From Thermoproteota archaeon (GTDB lineage: Archaea; Korarchaeota; JAOZGF01; JAOZFZ01): a DNA stretch of 64,000 nucleotides. Below the pieces are notes generated by a model, which was not told the origin of the DNA, did no database searches, and worked only from the letters and a program-made list of their open reading frames with translations. Position numbers and translations under genes: made by a program. Each line of letters starts with the position of its first letter. The first letter of the stretch is position 1. Shown piece after piece: positions 62,033-64,000 of this stretch. Where the stretch lies: contig JAOZFT010000004.1 in the NCBI GenBank assembly GCA_027492035.1, positions 416,001 through 480,000 on the forward strand, in the 5' to 3' direction.

Positions 62033-63040
62033 GTGGAGAATGTGGATCTTAGTTTTCTTCGGAGTCTTCAGTTTTCACGTATACTAGTAACTGGTGGAGC
62101 AGGTTTTATAGGCAGTCATTTAGTGGAGGAATTGGTTAGACAAGGGTTTCATGTAAGAGCCGTAGATAATTTATCCACGGGTAAAATTCGAAATTTAAAG
62201 AAGGTTTTGGGAAGCAGTAACTTTGAATTTTTAAAAGGAGACTTAACGGATTTAAGAGAAGCTGAACAGGCTTTAAAAAACATTGACATGGTTTTTCATT
62301 TAGCTGCTGAGCCCTCAGTTTTAGAAAGCTACCATGAACGCGCGAAACACTTCAAAAATAACTTTTTCTCAACATTTAATGTGTTAGAAGCTGCTAAACA
62401 AAATAGAACAGTTAAATGGATAATTTTCTCATCCTCTTCTACAGTATATGGGGAAGCAGGGGTTCTGCCTACTCCGGAAAATTACGGCCCTTTACTTCCA
62501 ATTTCTATTTATGGAGCCTCTAAATTGTCATGTGAAGCTTTGCTCTCAACCTATAGCCATTACTTCGGTTTTAAAGTCACAATTTTCAGGTTAGCTAATA
62601 TAATTGGGTCTAGATTGACACATGGAGTAATACTTGATTTCATAAATAAGTTAAGTATAGATAAGAAAAAATTGGAGATATTGGGGAATGGGAGACAAGA
62701 GAAGTCTTATTTATACATCAAAGATGCAATTGAAGGTTTTTTTTACGGCATAAGAAGTCAAGAAAGCAAAGAGACTAGTTTAGAAGTGTTTAATCTTGGT
62801 TCAAGTGACAGAATCACTGTAAATGAAATAGCTGAAATAGTAGTTAAGGAAATGGGACTAGAGAATGTGAGGTTCATTTATAGAGATGATGTGGGTGATG
62901 GGAGAGGGTGGCTCGGTGACGTGAGGAAAATGCATATTTCAATAATGAAGCTGCTGAAAACAGGTTGGAAGCCTAAACATACAAGTAGAGAAGCTGTTGA
63001 ACACACAGTAAGGGAAATTTTGGAAGAAATTCAGAAATAA
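62033..63040 (+). CDS. NAD-dependent nucleotide-sugar epimerase/dehydratase
   Basis: VTGGAGFIG, HLAA, SSSTVYG, YGASK, GWLGDV. Confidence 0.92.
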   Translation: MENVDLSFLRSLQFSRILVTGGAGFIGSHLVEELVRQGFHVRAVDNLSTGKIRNLKKVLGSSNFEFLKGDLTDLREAEQALKNIDMVFHLAAEPSVLESYHERAKHFKNNFFSTFNVLEAAKQNRTVKWIIFSSSSTVYGEAGVLPTPENYGPLLPISIYGASKLSCEALLSTYSHYFGFKVTIFRLANIIGSRLTHGVILDFINKLSIDKKKLEILGNGRQEKSYLYIKDAIEGFFYGIRSQESKETSLEVFNLGSSDRITVNEIAEIVVKEMGLENVRFIYRDDVGDGRGWLGDVRKMHISIMKLLKTGWKPKHTSREAVEHTVREILEEIQK

Positions 63041-64000
63041 TTACTTTCTTCTATTTTTCTTCAGAACTTTGTTAACTTCCTGCTCAACCAGTCGGTAAAC
63101 TGTTTCACCAGGCACTTTTCCCCTAAATTCCTGCATTACTATACCCATTATTTTATTTATGCTTTTTTCTTTGAAGGAAAGAATTAAATCCTTCTTTTCA
63201 CTCACCGTTTTCTCCACCGCCTTTTTAACATCTTCTTCTGAAACTTTTTTCAAGTTAAGTTGTTTAACAGCTTCTTCAGTTGTTAATTTGGGTGTTTCAG
63301 CTATTTTTTGCAGGATTAAGGGGATAGCTTCTTTACTTATTTTCCCTTTCTTGAAAAGGGATAATGTTTCAATTATTTCCTTTTTTTTCAAGTTTTTAAT
63401 GGGGATTCCTTCTCTTTTCAGCGATTTCAAAGTGTTTAAAATCGTGAAAGCAACTGTTTTAGGTTCTGCACCTGAATACTCTACTGCTTCCCTAAACAAT
63501 TCATCCTTATCCTCGATAAGCAGTTGTTTTGCTGTTTCTTCTCTTATTGAGTACCTTCTAGACAATTCTTTAACTAGTTCATCGGGTGAGGAAGGTATCT
63601 TTCTCCTTATTTCATTAATGTATTCCTCCCTTAATTTAATTGGAGATATATCTGTCTCAGGGTACATTCTTGAGGGACCTGGTAGTGGTCTTAAGTATTC
63701 TGTAGTCCCATCTTCTAAAGGCTTTCTTGTTTCAGAGGGTACTCCTATAAGGGCTTGTTTAGCCCGGTCAACAACTGCCTCCAAGGCTTTTTTAGCTTTT
63801 TTTAAGTCATCCACCACTAACACTGCAGCATCTTTCTCTCGGCAATTTAATTGTTTTAATAATCCCTCTGTTTCCTCCACCGAGATACCATAACTTGGTA
63901 ACTCGTCACTGTGGAAAATTCCCCCAACTCCAGCTATCTTTTTTGCATAAGTGGAAAGTTCGTAACCGAATGTTTTTCCTTCTTGAATTTCTAAACTGAG
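63041..64000 (-). CDS. gatE: Glu-tRNA(Gln) amidotransferase subunit E (C-terminal part)
   Basis: Open to the window edge; GGIFHSDELP, GVPSETR, LRPLPGPSRMYPETD, Yqey-like tail. Confidence 0.95.
   Translation of the reverse strand, partial: LSLEIQEGKTFGYELSTYAKKIAGVGGIFHSDELPSYGISVEETEGLLKQLNCREKDAAVLVVDDLKKAKKALEAVVDRAKQALIGVPSETRKPLEDGTTEYLRPLPGPSRMYPETDISPIKLREEYINEIRRKIPSSPDELVKELSRRYSIREETAKQLLIEDKDELFREAVEYSGAEPKTVAFTILNTLKSLKREGIPIKNLKKKEIIETLSLFKKGKISKEAIPLILQKIAETPKLTTEEAVKQLNLKKVSEEDVKKAVEKTVSEKKDLILSFKEKSINKIMGIVMQEFRGKVPGETVYRLVEQEVNKVLKKNRRK

Noticed and set aside
1-64000. CRISPR arrays, transposases, rRNA genes, inteins
   Set aside because: None seen; PolB, RtcB and RpoB have normal lengths

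Overview
AT-rich archaeal core-genome window. Unsplit rpoB, a crenarchaeal/thaumarchaeal-type PolB1, SepF, TIP49, a roadblock/GTPase pair and GatE suggest a thermophilic TACK-related or neighbouring lineage (inference). It holds the rpoH-rpoB-rpoA1 and rpl18e-rpl13-rps9-rpoN-rps2 operons, many translation, RNA-processing and metabolic genes, and five tRNA genes that all carry introns (six introns). Main result: two protein-coding genes are interrupted by short introns that fold into canonical bulge-helix-bulge (BHB) motifs. These are rpoN (22 nt, missed by the ORF track) and glyA (34 nt, N-terminally truncated in the ORF track). Cutting at the standard BHB positions restores the frame and the conserved motifs (PVRCFTCG, RYAEGWPG). 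The matching enzymes are in the window: EndA with a crenarchaeal-type specificity loop, divergent from glyA, and the RtcB ligase. This points to pre-mRNA splicing by the tRNA-splicing machinery beyond the known cbf5 case. Secondary observations are a probable structured RNA between rps2 and amrB, two candidate C/D-box RNAs and an apparently inactive DNA-ligase paralog. All calls were made by eye with no database searches.
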